A stretch of DNA of 64,000 bases from an uncultured delta proteobacterium (lineage in GTDB: Bacteria > Desulfobacterota > Desulfuromonadia > Desulfuromonadales > BM103). The translations under genes were made by a program, and so were the position numbers. Shown here piece after piece: positions 31,288-42,338 of this stretch. Under the pieces are notes generated by a model, which saw nothing but the letters and a program-made list of their open reading frames with translations, was not told where the DNA came from and searched no databases. Numbering within the stretch: the stretch's first letter is position 1; each line of letters begins with the position of its first letter. The stretch spans positions 1 through 64,000 of the forward strand of contig CAVQRZ010000002.1 of the NCBI GenBank assembly GCA_963715335.1, written 5' to 3'.

Positions 31288-31764
31288 CTAAACAAACTTG
31301 ATATCTATGATCTCGTAAATGCGGATCCCCGAAGGCACCCGGATCTGTACTTCGTCACCCATGCGATGGCCGATCAAAGCTTTGGCAACCGGACTGCTGA
31401 CGGAGATAAGCCCCTGCTTGATATCCGACTCATCCTCACCGACGATCCGGTAGGTTGACTCACTTTCCGATTCGTCATCGTAGACAGTCACGGTGGCGCC
31501 GAACACAACCTTGTCCGTATCAAGAGTGGAAACATCGATAACCTGGGCGCGGGCCATCTTGCCATTGATCTCGGCAATGCGCCCTTCGACGAATCCCTGA
31601 CGATCTTTGGCCGCATCATATTCAGCATTCTCAGACAGATCCCCGTGTGCACGAGCTTCGGCAATATCCTGAACAACGCGCGGGCGCTCAACGCGGATCA
31701 GATGTTTTAATTCTTCCTGAAGCTTCTGGTATCCCTCAGGGGTCATTGGTACGGTTTGCGACAT
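31288..31764 (-). CDS. greA: Transcription elongation factor GreA
   Basis: [17 protein letters not shown] and [13 protein letters not shown]. Confidence 0.97.
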   Translation of the reverse strand: MSQTVPMTPEGYQKLQEELKHLIRVERPRVVQDIAEARAHGDLSENAEYDAAKDRQGFVEGRIAEINGKMARAQVIDVSTLDTDKVVFGATVTVYDDESESESTYRIVGEDESDIKQGLISVSSPVAKALIGHRMGDEVQIRVPSGIRIYEIIDIKFV

Positions 31765-31795
31765 GACTCTTCTTCCTTGCTTTTAGTTCGCTACC

Positions 31796-31831
31796 AATAA
31801 AAGTGTTCGGGCGGGAAAACCCGCCCGAACA
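31796..31831 (-). terminator. Hairpin terminator between carB and greA
   Basis: Perfect 12-bp stem tgttcgggcggg / cccgcccgaaca, followed on the minus strand by cttttatt. Confidence 0.6.
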
Positions 31832-31867
31832 GTTGTGTTCTCAGGCAAATGTGTAACGGCTAGCCAC

Positions 31868-34800
31868 CTAGCCGTTGCGTGGATGATACTCCTGTAGGGG
31901 CGTAACGTCAAGGTTTTCGCGTTGCAGGGCGAGGATACCGTCCACAACCGCCTCCGCTCCAGCCACGGTAGTGAAGTAGGCAATGTTGTAAACCAGTGCC
32001 GAACGACGGATCGAAAACGAATCGATGATCGATTGCGCACCGAACGTGGTATTGAAAACCAGAGAGATCTCGTTGCTCTTGATCATATCGACACAGTGGG
32101 GGCGACCTTCCTTGACCTTGTTGACCGGCTCAGCCGTGATCCCGTATGCGCGCATGTAGGCGGCCGTCCCCTTGGTGGATACGACCTGGAAACCGGCTTC
32201 CACCAGTTTCCTGACCGGCTCGATGATCGCTTTCTTGTCGGAGTCCCTGACGCTGACAAAGACTTTACCCGAGATGGGCAGCTTGACGTTGGCGCCAAGC
32301 TGGGCCTTGGCAAACGCCTTGCCAAACTCCCTGTCAATGCCCATGACCTCACCGGTCGACTTCATCTCCGGGCCCAGGAGCGTATCAACCCCGGGGAACT
32401 TGATGAAGGGAAAGACCGACTCCTTGACCGAGATATGCTCAGGAATGATCTCTTTAATGATACCGAGCTCTTTCAGCGACTTGCCCGCCATAACCCGCGC
32501 TGCAATCTTGGCCAGAGGGCGTCCGGTTGCCTTGGAAACAAACGGCGCCGTCCTGCTGGCCCGCGGATTAACCTCGATCAGGTATACCTCGTTGTCCTTG
32601 ACCGCATACTGGATGTTCATCAGGCCAGAGACACCCAGTTCAAGAGCCAGGGCGATCGTCTGTTTGCGAATTTCCTTGATGATTTCCTGTGACAATGAAT
32701 ACGGGGGCAGCGAACAGGCAGAATCCCCGGAGTGGATACCGGCTTCCTCGATATGCTGCATGATGCCACCTATCACCACGGTGGATCCGTCTGCCAGGGC
32801 ATCGACATCGACCTCGATCGCCTGTTCGAGGAATTTATCGATCAGGATCGGATGTTCAGGCGAGGCCTTTACCGCAAACTTCATATAGTTGCGCAACTGT
32901 TGCTGATCGTAGACGATTTCCATGGCCCTGCCGCCAAGGACATAACTGGGGCGGACAACGGCAGGGTAACCGATCCTTTCAGCAATCTTTTCAGCCTCTT
33001 CAAAGGATCGCGCGATACCGTTGGCCGGCTGCTTCAAGCCAAGCTTGTTCAGCAACAACTGGAACCGCTCACGATCCTCGGCGCGATCGATCGCATCCGG
33101 TGACGTGCCGATAATCGGTACACCGGCCTGTTCCAGGGCGACAGCCAGTTTAAGCGGGGTCTGGCCTCCGAATTGGACAATAACCCCGACCGGTTGCTCA
33201 ACCCGAACAATCTCCAGGACATCTTCCAGGGTCAAGGGTTCGAAATACAGGCGATCTGAAGTATCATAGTCGGTTGATACCGTTTCCGGGTTGCAGTTGA
33301 CCATGATCGTTTCAAAACCATCTTCGGCAAGGGCATAAGCTCCGTGGACGCAGCAATAATCAAACTCGATCCCCTGCCCGATCCGGTTCGGCCCACCGCC
33401 AAGAATCATGATTTTTTTACGATCAGATGGAGCCGCCTCGCACTCTTCCTCGTAGGTTGAGTAAAGATACGGCGTGTAGGCTTCAAATTCAGCGCCACAG
33501 GTGTCGACCCGCTTGTAGACTGGCAAGACCCCCAATTGGTAGCGCAAGTTACGGATCCGCTGTTCGCTGGCACCCCAGAGCAAAGCCAACCGCTTGTCGG
33601 AAAAGCCCATCTGCTTGGCTTCGCGCAGCAGGCCGGGGAAAACTTCACCCTCGGGCTGGTCCAGAAGTTCAGTCGCCCGGATCATGCGTCCTTCCATCTC
33701 GACAATCTGGCGGATATTGTTGATAAACCAGGGGTCGATATTTGTCAGTTCGAAAATCCTCTCGACAGTAAACCCGGCACGGATAGAATCGGCCAGGTAC
33801 CAGAGACGTTCCCAGTTAGGGACCCTGAGTTTGGTTTCGATCAGCTCAACTTCTGCTTCGCTCAGGTTGTAGCGGTAGTCGCCGGGTTCTTCGAAAAGCC
33901 GGCTTTCAAAGCCGTGGGAGTCGATCTCAAGCGAACGCAGCGCCTTCTGCAGGCTTTCCTTGAAGGTCCGACCGATCGCCATGACCTCGCCGACCGATTT
34001 CATCTGGGTGGTCAGCGTCGCATCCGCCTGGGGGAATTTTTCGAAGGTAAAGCGTGGAATCTTGGTCACTACATAGTCGATAGTCGGTTCAAAAGCGGCC
34101 AAAGTTTCCTGCGTGATATCATTCGGAATCTCGTCGAGAGTGTAGCCAACCGACAGTTTTGCTGCAATCTTGGCGATCGGGAAGCCGGTCGCCTTGGATG
34201 CGAGGGCTGACGATCTTGAAACCCGGGGATTCATCTCGATAACCACCAGACGGCCATCGGCCGGGTTGATGCCGAACTGGATATTAGACCCGCCGGTCTC
34301 GACACCGATCTCACGTATGATCTTGAGCGAGGCATCACGCAGAATCTGGTATTCCTTGTCGGTCAGGGTCTGGGCCGGCGCCACGGTAATCGAGTCACCG
34401 GTATGGACGCCCATCGGGTCGAAGTTTTCAATCGAGCAGATAATCACGACATTATCGGCCAGGTCGCGCATCACCTCGAGTTCGAACTCTTTCCAGCCAA
34501 TCACCGACTCTTCCACCAGGATCTCGTTGGTCGGTGACGCATCGATGCCGGCAATCGCCATCTGCTCGTATTCTTCGGGGTTATATGCTATCCCCCCGCC
34601 GGTGCCGCCAAGGGTAAATGACGGGCGGATAATGGCCGGGAAACCGACATGGTCGATGATACCGATGGCCTCCTGGTAGTTGTGGGCCAGCCCGGAGCGC
34701 GGCACGGCAATACCGATGCGCTCCATTGCGGCCTTGAAGAGGGTCCGGTCCTCGGCCATCTCGATCGCCGGCAATTTCGCGCCGATCAGTTCTACGCCAA

Positions 34801-35131
34801 ACTTGTCGAGGGTGCCGTTTTTGGCTACGGCAACGGCAGTGTTCAGGGCAGTCTGCCCTCCAAGCGTCGGCAGGAGCGCGTCGGGACGCTCTTTCTCGAT
34901 GATTTTCGCCAGGGTCTCGGGCGTAACCGGTTCGATATAGGTCCGGTCGGCAAAGTCGGGGTCCGTCATGATCGTCGCCGGATTGGAGTTAAGCAGCACG
35001 ACCTCGTAGCCTTCCTCCTTCAGCGCCTTGCACGCCTGGGTGCCTGAATAGTCGAATTCACAGGCCTGGCCGATAACAATCGGCCCGGCTCCGATGATCA
35101 GAATTTTCTTGATGTCAGTTCTTTTTGGCAT
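31868..35131 (-). CDS. carB: Carbamoyl-phosphate synthase large subunit
   Basis: [30 protein letters not shown], duplicated ATP-grasp domains and MGS domain; start set at ATG 35131. Confidence 0.98.
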   Translation of the reverse strand: MPKRTDIKKILIIGAGPIVIGQACEFDYSGTQACKALKEEGYEVVLLNSNPATIMTDPDFADRTYIEPVTPETLAKIIEKERPDALLPTLGGQTALNTAVAVAKNGTLDKFGVELIGAKLPAIEMAEDRTLFKAAMERIGIAVPRSGLAHNYQEAIGIIDHVGFPAIIRPSFTLGGTGGGIAYNPEEYEQMAIAGIDASPTNEILVEESVIGWKEFELEVMRDLADNVVIICSIENFDPMGVHTGDSITVAPAQTLTDKEYQILRDASLKIIREIGVETGGSNIQFGINPADGRLVVIEMNPRVSRSSALASKATGFPIAKIAAKLSVGYTLDEIPNDITQETLAAFEPTIDYVVTKIPRFTFEKFPQADATLTTQMKSVGEVMAIGRTFKESLQKALRSLEIDSHGFESRLFEEPGDYRYNLSEAEVELIETKLRVPNWERLWYLADSIRAGFTVERIFELTNIDPWFINNIRQIVEMEGRMIRATELLDQPEGEVFPGLLREAKQMGFSDKRLALLWGASEQRIRNLRYQLGVLPVYKRVDTCGAEFEAYTPYLYSTYEEECEAAPSDRKKIMILGGGPNRIGQGIEFDYCCVHGAYALAEDGFETIMVNCNPETVSTDYDTSDRLYFEPLTLEDVLEIVRVEQPVGVIVQFGGQTPLKLAVALEQAGVPIIGTSPDAIDRAEDRERFQLLLNKLGLKQPANGIARSFEEAEKIAERIGYPAVVRPSYVLGGRAMEIVYDQQQLRNYMKFAVKASPEHPILIDKFLEQAIEVDVDALADGSTVVIGGIMQHIEEAGIHSGDSACSLPPYSLSQEIIKEIRKQTIALALELGVSGLMNIQYAVKDNEVYLIEVNPRASRTAPFVSKATGRPLAKIAARVMAGKSLKELGIIKEIIPEHISVKESVFPFIKFPGVDTLLGPEMKSTGEVMGIDREFGKAFAKAQLGANVKLPISGKVFVSVRDSDKKAIIEPVRKLVEAGFQVVSTKGTAAYMRAYGITAEPVNKVKEGRPHCVDMIKSNEISLVFNTTFGAQSIIDSFSIRRSALVYNIAYFTTVAGAEAVVDGILALQRENLDVTPLQEYHPRNG

Positions 35132-35144
35132 TTTAATTCCGTCG

Positions 35145-35241
35145 CTGGTTATCGGGGATCGGGGGCTGGCAGAAACCAGACCCAAACCACCAAAAACTCA
35201 TAATTATTATAATGAAACAGCCAGTCTCTAACCCCAGCCCC
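35145..35241. repeat. Degenerate heptamer repeats in inverted orientation between carA and carB
   Basis: ggttatc-ggggatc-gggggct versus ccagtct-ctaaccc-cagcccc. Confidence 0.45.
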
Positions 35242-36368
35242 TAGCAACCGCCCTTAAAGTCTTTCATCAGCTTGATGAACTCACCGAACAGGTAGTTGGC
35301 GTCATGCGGTCCCGGTGAAGCCTCGGGATGATACTGGACCGAGAAGGCCGGTGCGGTTTTGTGCCGCAGGCCTTCGACAGTATTGTCGTTGAGGTTGATG
35401 TGGGTGATCAGCGCAGCATCCTTGAGAGTGGCGGCATCGACGGCGAAACCATGGTTCTGGGAAGTAATTTCAACGTTATGCCCTTCCCCACGGCGGACCG
35501 GCTGGTTGCCGCCGCGATGACCGAACTTCAACTTGTAGGTTTTGCCACCCAGGGCTATCGACAGCAGCTGATGCCCGAGACAGATGCCGAACAGCGGCAC
35601 CTTGCCGAGCAGTTTACGAATATTCTCCTGTGCGTAGCTGATCGGTTCGGGATCGCCAGGGCCGTTGCTTAAGAAAACCCCGTCAGGCTGCATCGCCAAG
35701 ACATCCTCTGCCGAGGTGGTTGCCGGCACGACCGTGACGCTACAGCGATTGCTGACCAGGTTGCGCAGAATATTGCGCTTGATCCCGAAATCATAGGCGA
35801 CAACCTTGAATGCGGTTTTTTTGGCACCCGTTCGATAACCATCCCCCAGGTCCCAGACGCCCTCGTGCCATGTGTAGGAGTCTTTGCAGGTCACTTCCTG
35901 GACCAGGTCCCGGCCCACTATCGAAGGTGCGGCTTTGGCCTTGGCCACCAGACTGTCAGCATCCAAATCCAGAGTCGACAGAATGCCGGTCTGGGCACCT
36001 TTGTCGCGGATGTGACGTACCAGCGCGCGCGTGTCGATTCCGGAAAGGCCTATAACGTCATGCTCTTTCAGATAGGCGTCCAGCGTCATTTCCGAACGCC
36101 AGTTACTCGGGAAGTCACATAATTCCTTGATAATGAACCCGGAAAGATGGGGCCTGGATGACTCAACGTCTTCGCGGTTGATGCCGTAGTTGCCTATCTG
36201 CGGATAGGTCATGGTTACGATCTCGCCGCAATAGGATGGATCGGTCAGGATCTCCTGGTAACCGGTCATGCTGGTATTAAAAACGACCTCGCCGGAGATT
36301 TCACCGGTGGAACCAAAGGCCCGGCCGTAGAAGACCCTGCCATCGGCCAGGGCCAATGCTGCTTTCAT
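35241..36368 (-). CDS. carA: Carbamoyl-phosphate synthase small subunit
   Basis: [28 protein letters not shown] and [10 protein letters not shown]. Confidence 0.98.
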   Translation of the reverse strand: MKAALALADGRVFYGRAFGSTGEISGEVVFNTSMTGYQEILTDPSYCGEIVTMTYPQIGNYGINREDVESSRPHLSGFIIKELCDFPSNWRSEMTLDAYLKEHDVIGLSGIDTRALVRHIRDKGAQTGILSTLDLDADSLVAKAKAAPSIVGRDLVQEVTCKDSYTWHEGVWDLGDGYRTGAKKTAFKVVAYDFGIKRNILRNLVSNRCSVTVVPATTSAEDVLAMQPDGVFLSNGPGDPEPISYAQENIRKLLGKVPLFGICLGHQLLSIALGGKTYKLKFGHRGGNQPVRRGEGHNVEITSQNHGFAVDAATLKDAALITHINLNDNTVEGLRHKTAPAFSVQYHPEASPGPHDANYLFGEFIKLMKDFKGGC

Positions 36369-36387
36369 AAATAAGCTCCTTGTTCTT

Positions 36388-36463
36388 CAGTATCCAGAAC
36401 CAGACATCCAGCATATTCCACATTCATGACTTCTGAATTCTGGATTCTGAATTCTGGATACTG
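36388..36463. repeat. Heptamer tandem repeats forming an inverted repeat between pyrC and carA
   Basis: ttctgaa-ttctgga-ttctgaa-ttctgga-tactgg; cagtatccagaa (36388-36399) pairs with ttctggatactg (36452-36463). Confidence 0.65.
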
Positions 36464-36491
36464 GGTATGGATACCCATGTATTTCAAACCC

Positions 36492-37766
36492 TTATCTCTG
36501 GTACGCGATTTTCCCGCCAACGATGGTGCAGATCGCAGCGCCCTTCATCTGCCAGCCGTGAAACGGTGTGTTCTTGCTTTTGCTGACCAACTGTTGCGCA
36601 TCAACCGTCCACTCGAGTCCCGGATCGATCACGGTGACATCCGCATCACCACCTTCTACCAGGCCCCCGACCGGAATCCCCAGTGCCGCAGCAGGGCCGC
36701 AGGTCATCAGGGCAACAGCTTTCGGCAGATCAATCACGCCCTCTTCGACAAGTTTCAAAGTCAGCGGCAGAGCTGTCTCCAGGCCGACAATGCCGTTCAT
36801 GGCGATATTGAATTCTACATTCTTCTCATCAATATGATGTGGCGCGTGGTCCGTGGCAATCGCGTCGACGGTGCCGTCGGCAATCCCCTTGCGGACAGCT
36901 TCACGATCTTCAGCGCTGCGCAACGGCGGGTTCATCTTCGCGTTGGTGTTGTAACCGCGGACGGCTTCATCGGTCAGGGTAAAATGATGGGGTGCCGCCT
37001 CACAGGTGACATGCACGCCGCGTTTTTTGGCCTGTCTGACGAGGTCGATCGAGCCCTTGGTTGAGACGTGCGCAACGTGCAGGTGCGCACCGGTGAATTC
37101 CGCCAGCATGATCTCCCTGGAGGTGGCAGCATCTTCGGCAACCCACGGAATCCCCTTGAGTCCGAGTTCGGTGGCCACGGGCCCCTCGTTCATGACCCCT
37201 GAGGCGACCAGTTCGAGGTCTTCTGCATGAGACACGATGGCCATACCAAAAGGTCGGGCATATTCCATTGCCCGACGCATCAACTGCGGGTTGCTGACCG
37301 GGCGGCCGTCATCTGAACAGGCGTACACGCCGAGTTCTTTAAGTTCACCCATCTCCGTCAGGGATTCGCCTTCCAGCCCTTTGCTAATGCTGGCAATCGG
37401 GAAAACCCGGCAGTGGCCTACTTCAGCAGCTCTGTTGAGAATGTAGGTGGTCACGGTCTTATTATCGTTGACAGGTTTGGTGTTCGGCATGCAGGCAATG
37501 GACGTGAATCCGCCCGCCACGGCCGAGAGAGTGCCGGTTTCAATATTTTCCTTGTATTCGAGGCCCGGGTCGCGCAGATGGACATGAATATCGACCAGCC
37601 CCGGGGTGACCACCTTGCCGGCAGCATCGATGATCTCTGCCCCTTTGCCGTCGAGGCCTTTGCCAATCGCCGCAATCTTGCCCTTTTCAATCAATATGTC
37701 GCAGGTGTCGTCGAGGTTCTGCGCCGGGCTGATGACTCGGCCACCCTGAATCAGAATCTTCTTCAT
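36492..37766 (-). CDS. pyrC: Dihydroorotase (type I)
   Basis: [21 protein letters not shown] and ATDHAPH. Confidence 0.96.
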   Translation of the reverse strand: MKKILIQGGRVISPAQNLDDTCDILIEKGKIAAIGKGLDGKGAEIIDAAGKVVTPGLVDIHVHLRDPGLEYKENIETGTLSAVAGGFTSIACMPNTKPVNDNKTVTTYILNRAAEVGHCRVFPIASISKGLEGESLTEMGELKELGVYACSDDGRPVSNPQLMRRAMEYARPFGMAIVSHAEDLELVASGVMNEGPVATELGLKGIPWVAEDAATSREIMLAEFTGAHLHVAHVSTKGSIDLVRQAKKRGVHVTCEAAPHHFTLTDEAVRGYNTNAKMNPPLRSAEDREAVRKGIADGTVDAIATDHAPHHIDEKNVEFNIAMNGIVGLETALPLTLKLVEEGVIDLPKAVALMTCGPAAALGIPVGGLVEGGDADVTVIDPGLEWTVDAQQLVSKSKNTPFHGWQMKGAAICTIVGGKIAYQR

Positions 37767-37863
37767 TGCCTTAGCCTTTCCTCATATCTTGCATACACTT
37801 AGGTCTGCATTGTTAATGTAAGTCCACGCATACTCCGGACCGTCTTGTTGTGCAGAGGCACGA

Positions 37864-38802
37864 CTATTGAGTCTGCATCGACTCGACGCCGCTGACCAGG
37901 TACAGCAGGGCCATGCGAACGGCAACGCCGTTTTCAACCTGGTCAAGGATGACATTCTGTACGCCGTCAGCAACAACCGAGGAAATTTCCACGCCACGGT
38001 TCATCGGCCCCGGGTGCATGACAATGGCATCGGGTTTGGCCAGTTTCAGGTTGGTCGGGTTGAGGCCATAAAACCTCGCATACTCACGCAGGCTCGGCAG
38101 CATGATATTGCTTTGCCGTTCAAGCTGGATGCGCAGCATCATGACTACATCAACGTTGCGAATCGCTTCAGACATGTTTGTGAAGACCTCGACATCGCCC
38201 AGCCTTTCGATGCCCGGGGGCAACATGGTGCCAGGCCCGCACAGGTGAACCTTTGCGCCCATCCTGGACAGGGCGTAGATATCCGAGCGGGCAACCCGGC
38301 TGTGGGTGATGTCACCGACGATTGCCACCTTGAGGCCTTCGATGCGGCCTTTGTGCTCACGCATTGTCAGCAGATCCAGAAGCGCCTGGCTGGGGTGTTC
38401 ATGGGCGCCGTCACCGGCGTTGATGACTGAGCAGCCGACCCGCTCGGCAAGGTAGTGCGGCGCACCGGAATGGCCATGACGGATCACGATAATGTCAGGG
38501 GCCATGGCTTCTATGTTCCGGGCAGTATCCTCAAGGGTCTCGCCCTTGACCACGGATGAAGTCGAACCGGAGATGTTCACCGTATCCGCCGACAGACGTT
38601 TTCCGGCAATCTCAAAAGAGAGCCGGGTGCGCGTACTGGCCTCAAAGAATGCGTTGATAATCGTCTTGCCGCGCAAGGTCGGTACTTTCTTGATCTCCCT
38701 GGAGTTGATTTCCTTGAAAGCGTCGGCCGTACCGAGAATTATCTCGATATCCTCTTTGGACATTTGCTCAATGCCGAGAATGTGCTTGTGCTTGAAAGAC
38801 AT
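37864..38802 (-). CDS. pyrB: Aspartate carbamoyltransferase catalytic subunit
   Basis: [19 protein letters not shown] and MHPGP. Confidence 0.97.
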   Translation of the reverse strand: MSFKHKHILGIEQMSKEDIEIILGTADAFKEINSREIKKVPTLRGKTIINAFFEASTRTRLSFEIAGKRLSADTVNISGSTSSVVKGETLEDTARNIEAMAPDIIVIRHGHSGAPHYLAERVGCSVINAGDGAHEHPSQALLDLLTMREHKGRIEGLKVAIVGDITHSRVARSDIYALSRMGAKVHLCGPGTMLPPGIERLGDVEVFTNMSEAIRNVDVVMMLRIQLERQSNIMLPSLREYARFYGLNPTNLKLAKPDAIVMHPGPMNRGVEISSVVADGVQNVILDQVENGVAVRMALLYLVSGVESMQTQ

Positions 38803-38820
38803 ACTTATCCTCCCAGTCGG

Positions 38821-39357
38821 TTATGGCTTGACCAGCCGAACTTCCAGCGGGCTCAAATCTTCATTGAAAAGAACGGAAACCTCCTCATCGTGTGCGGTTG
38901 GCACATTACGACCAACATAATCCGCCCGAATCGGCAACTCCCGATGACCACGGTCGATCAAGACGGCCAACTGAATCGTGCTTGGTCGACCGAAATCCAT
39001 CAGGGCGTCCATCGCCGAGCGGATAGTCCTGCCGGTATAGAGAACATCGTCAACCAGGACGACGTCTTTGCCGTCGAGAGGGAACGGGATACTGGTCCTG
39101 CCGATCGGCAGATTGCCGCGCGCGGCAAGGTCGTCACGGTACATCGTGATATCGACCTCTCCGATCGGCACCTCAATCCCCTCAATGTCACGGATGCGGG
39201 CCCTGAGAAGACTCGCAAGGTGGTCGCCACCTGAGCGAATGCCGATCAGGGCGAGGTTGCTGCACCCTTTGTTGTGCTCCAGAATCTCGTGGGTAATCCG
39301 GGTAACGGCGCGGGTTATGCCGGCCTGGTCCAGAATTGCGGTTTCCGCCTTGGCCAT
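38821..39357 (-). CDS. pyrR: Pyrimidine operon attenuation protein / UPRTase PyrR
   Basis: RITHEILE, DITMYRDD, VDDVLYTGRT and DRGHRELPIRADYVG. Confidence 0.97.
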   Translation of the reverse strand: MAKAETAILDQAGITRAVTRITHEILEHNKGCSNLALIGIRSGGDHLASLLRARIRDIEGIEVPIGEVDITMYRDDLAARGNLPIGRTSIPFPLDGKDVVLVDDVLYTGRTIRSAMDALMDFGRPSTIQLAVLIDRGHRELPIRADYVGRNVPTAHDEEVSVLFNEDLSPLEVRLVKP

Positions 39358-39382
39358 CTCTTACCTCCCGTCGAATTTAAAA

Positions 39383-39490
39383 CAAAAAAAATACCTCCCC
39401 GCATAGTGCGGACAGGTACGGTTCTGGTTTTCGTGACAAATAGACATCTTGGCCACCCTTGCTGACCTCTCTGGATCAACTTAAAAGGAG
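39383..39490 (-). promoter_or_regulatory. PyrR-binding loop and attenuator terminator in the pyrR leader
   Basis: Minus strand ccttTTAAgttGATCCAGAGAGGTCagcaagg matches the PyrR site; followed by the hairpin gtacctgtccgca-cta-tgcggggaggta and T8. Confidence 0.88.
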
Positions 39491-39514
39491 ACAGGTTACC
39501 TGCGAATTTCTGGC

Positions 39515-39543
39515 AATATAGCAAGGCCGATATGACGAGTCAA
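39515..39543 (-). promoter_or_regulatory. sigma70 promoter of the pyr operon
   Basis: TTGACT-N17-TATATT just upstream of the PyrR leader. Confidence 0.65.
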
Positions 39544-39633
39544 CAAAAAGCTCGGAGTTTATTTTTTATTGTTCCGGAAGCAGAACATTCGGGCTTTGCC
39601 CCACCTTCTGGCCAGGGAGTCCAGCGAGCAAAC

Positions 39634-40290
39634 TTACTTGATCATTCGACCGATACGGTCCCAACGGGGCATGAATTCCACGCTGTCCCAGGACCAGTAC
39701 TTGATGAACGCCAGACCTTTGATCGCGGAACGATCGACAAACCGCCAGAACCGGCTGTCATACGAACGGTCGCGGTTGTCACCCATGACGAAATAATTAC
39801 CGTCCGGGACTGTAATCGGGGGCATGTTGTCACGGGGACCTGCCATCAGGTTGCCATCTTTGTACACGGCTTCAGGCGTAATGTAGCGCTCACCGTTGAG
39901 AAATACATTCTTGTTGCGAACCTCGACTGTGTCACCTGGCAACCCAACGATCCTCTTGATAAAATCCCGGCGATCGAAATAAGACTTGTCCTTGTCTTCA
40001 GGAAACTCAAAAACGACGATATCCCCGCGCTCTGGTTCGCGAATCACGAGAAACGGATCGTCGCTGAAAGGCAGTTGGGTGCCGTAAATAAACTTGTTGA
40101 CCAGCAAATGGTCTCCGATCAAAAGGGTGTCTTCCATGGAGCCGGAAGGGATCTTGAAGGCCTGCACAACGAAAGTGCGGATGATCAGGGCAAGGATCGC
40201 TGCAACGATCAGTGCTTCGGTCCAATCGCGCAATTGCGATTTTTTCTGCGTCTTTGGTTGTTCAACAGTCTGCTTGCGAAAAAAACCCAT
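39634..40290 (-). CDS. lepB: Signal peptidase I
   Basis: IPSGSM, IKRIVGLPGD and MGDNRDRSYDSR. Confidence 0.97.
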   Translation of the reverse strand: MGFFRKQTVEQPKTQKKSQLRDWTEALIVAAILALIIRTFVVQAFKIPSGSMEDTLLIGDHLLVNKFIYGTQLPFSDDPFLVIREPERGDIVVFEFPEDKDKSYFDRRDFIKRIVGLPGDTVEVRNKNVFLNGERYITPEAVYKDGNLMAGPRDNMPPITVPDGNYFVMGDNRDRSYDSRFWRFVDRSAIKGLAFIKYWSWDSVEFMPRWDRIGRMIK

Positions 40291-42095
40291 TATTTGTTTT
40301 CCTTGACTTTCAGAATGGCGAGGAAGGCTTCCTGCGGCAGTTCGACATTGCCAACCTGCTTCATGCGCTTTTTGCCTTCCTTCTGTTTTTCGAGCAGTTT
40401 GCGCTTACGAGTAATGTCGCCGCCATAGCATTTTGCCGTGACATCTTTGCGTAATGCCTTAACCGACTCGCGGGCAATCACCTTGTTGCCGATCGCGGCC
40501 TGGATCGCCACCTCAAATTGTTGCCTTGGAATAAACTCCTTCATCTTGGAAACCAGTTCACGCCCGCGATACTGGGCTTTTTCACGATGCACGATCAGAG
40601 AGAGGGCGTCGACCAGGTCACCATTGATAAGGATATTCAGTCGAACCAGTTCACTCGACCGATAGTCGAGATGCTCGTAATCCAGCGAAGCATACCCGCG
40701 CGACAAAGTTTTCAGCCGATCGTAGAAATCGAGGACGATCTCGTTGAGTGGCAGTTCGTAGATGACCATGACCCGGTTGGCGGTCAGGTATTTGATCTCA
40801 CGCTGTACACCGCGTTTTTCCTCGCAGAGCGCCAGCACCCCCCCGACGAACTCGTTGGGGACATGAATCGAAGCGAGGATAAACGGCTCTTCCATGCTTT
40901 CAATGTACTGAACATCAGGCAGCTTGTTGGCGCTATCAACATTGAAAGTTTCGCCCTTGGTTGTGGTCACACGATAGACAACGGTTGGCGCCGTAGTGAT
41001 CAGGTCGACGCCGAACTCACGCTCGAGACGCTCCTGGACAATCTCCATGTGCAGCAGCCCGAGAAAGCCGCATCGGAAGCCGAACCCCAGCGCCATCGAA
41101 TTTTCCGGTTCGAACGAGAACGAGCTGTCATTCAGACGCAATTTCTCCATGGCATCGCGCAGATCATCATAATCGCCGGAGTCGATCGGATAGAGCCCCG
41201 AGAAAACCATCGGTTTGACTAACTTGAAGCCCGGCAGAGCCTGGTCTGCGCCATTGCGAACGTGGGTAACCGTATCGCCGACCTTGGCATCATGAACGAC
41301 CTTGATACTGGCGGTGATAAAGCCGACCTCACCTGCCGACAATTGATTTACTGCAACAGGTTGCGGGCTGAACACGCCGGTCTTGAGGACTTCATACTCC
41401 TTGCGACTGGCCATGAACCGGACCTTGTCGCCCTTTTTTACCGTCCCGTCCACGACCCGAATCAAAACGATGACTCCCTGGTACGAATCGTACCAGGAAT
41501 CAAAGATCAGGGCTTTCAGTGGTGCATCGGTATCGCCTTCCGGTGGCGGGATCTTCTGTACAATAGCTTCGAGGATCTCATCGATCCCGATGCCTGCCTT
41601 GGCACTGGCCAGGATCGCATCGCTCGCATCAAGGCCGATGATCTCTTCGATCTCCTTGCGCACGCCTTCCGGGTCAGCGCTTGGCAGGTCGATCTTGTTC
41701 AAGACCGGGAAGACTTCGAGATTCTCATCAATAGCCAGATAGACGTTGGCGAGAGTCTGGGCTTCAACTCCCTGGGAGGCATCGACAACCAGCAACGCCC
41801 CCTCGCAGGCTGACAAAGACCTGCTGACTTCGTAGCTGAAGTCGACATGGCCAGGGGTGTCGATCAGGTTGAGGATATAGTCGCGACCGTCCCTGCCGTG
41901 GTAATCCAGTCGAACAGCCTGGGCCTTGATCGTGATGCCACGCTCACGTTCCAGATCCATCTTGTCAAGGTACTGGTCGGTCTTCTCACGATCGGACAGC
42001 GCCCCGGTTGCCTCGAGGAGCCGGTCTGCCAGGGTCGACTTGCCGTGATCAATGTGGGCTATGATGGAAAAATTGCGAATCTGTAACTGTTTCAT
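40290..42095 (-). CDS. lepA: Elongation factor 4 (LepA)
   Basis: [21 protein letters not shown] and [14 protein letters not shown]. Confidence 0.98.
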   Translation of the reverse strand: MKQLQIRNFSIIAHIDHGKSTLADRLLEATGALSDREKTDQYLDKMDLERERGITIKAQAVRLDYHGRDGRDYILNLIDTPGHVDFSYEVSRSLSACEGALLVVDASQGVEAQTLANVYLAIDENLEVFPVLNKIDLPSADPEGVRKEIEEIIGLDASDAILASAKAGIGIDEILEAIVQKIPPPEGDTDAPLKALIFDSWYDSYQGVIVLIRVVDGTVKKGDKVRFMASRKEYEVLKTGVFSPQPVAVNQLSAGEVGFITASIKVVHDAKVGDTVTHVRNGADQALPGFKLVKPMVFSGLYPIDSGDYDDLRDAMEKLRLNDSSFSFEPENSMALGFGFRCGFLGLLHMEIVQERLEREFGVDLITTAPTVVYRVTTTKGETFNVDSANKLPDVQYIESMEEPFILASIHVPNEFVGGVLALCEEKRGVQREIKYLTANRVMVIYELPLNEIVLDFYDRLKTLSRGYASLDYEHLDYRSSELVRLNILINGDLVDALSLIVHREKAQYRGRELVSKMKEFIPRQQFEVAIQAAIGNKVIARESVKALRKDVTAKCYGGDITRKRKLLEKQKEGKKRMKQVGNVELPQEAFLAILKVKENK

Positions 42096-42338
42096 ATATT
42101 GAAGTACGGATACCTTACGGCGAACCTATATTCATGCGACAGGTGTGAAAACGGATTTTTTCAGAACAATGAAAAATATCGGAATATTACAGTTTTGTAA
42201 AGGATCAAAAGCCTCCAGGATACATTTAGCTCGCGCGGGCTATAATCGAATCGGCTTTGTTCTTGCCTGAAGCAATTCCCCTGTTTAAGATGAGCATCGC
42301 TGTGCCATGCTACCAATGCCGTTTGTGGAGAACAATTC

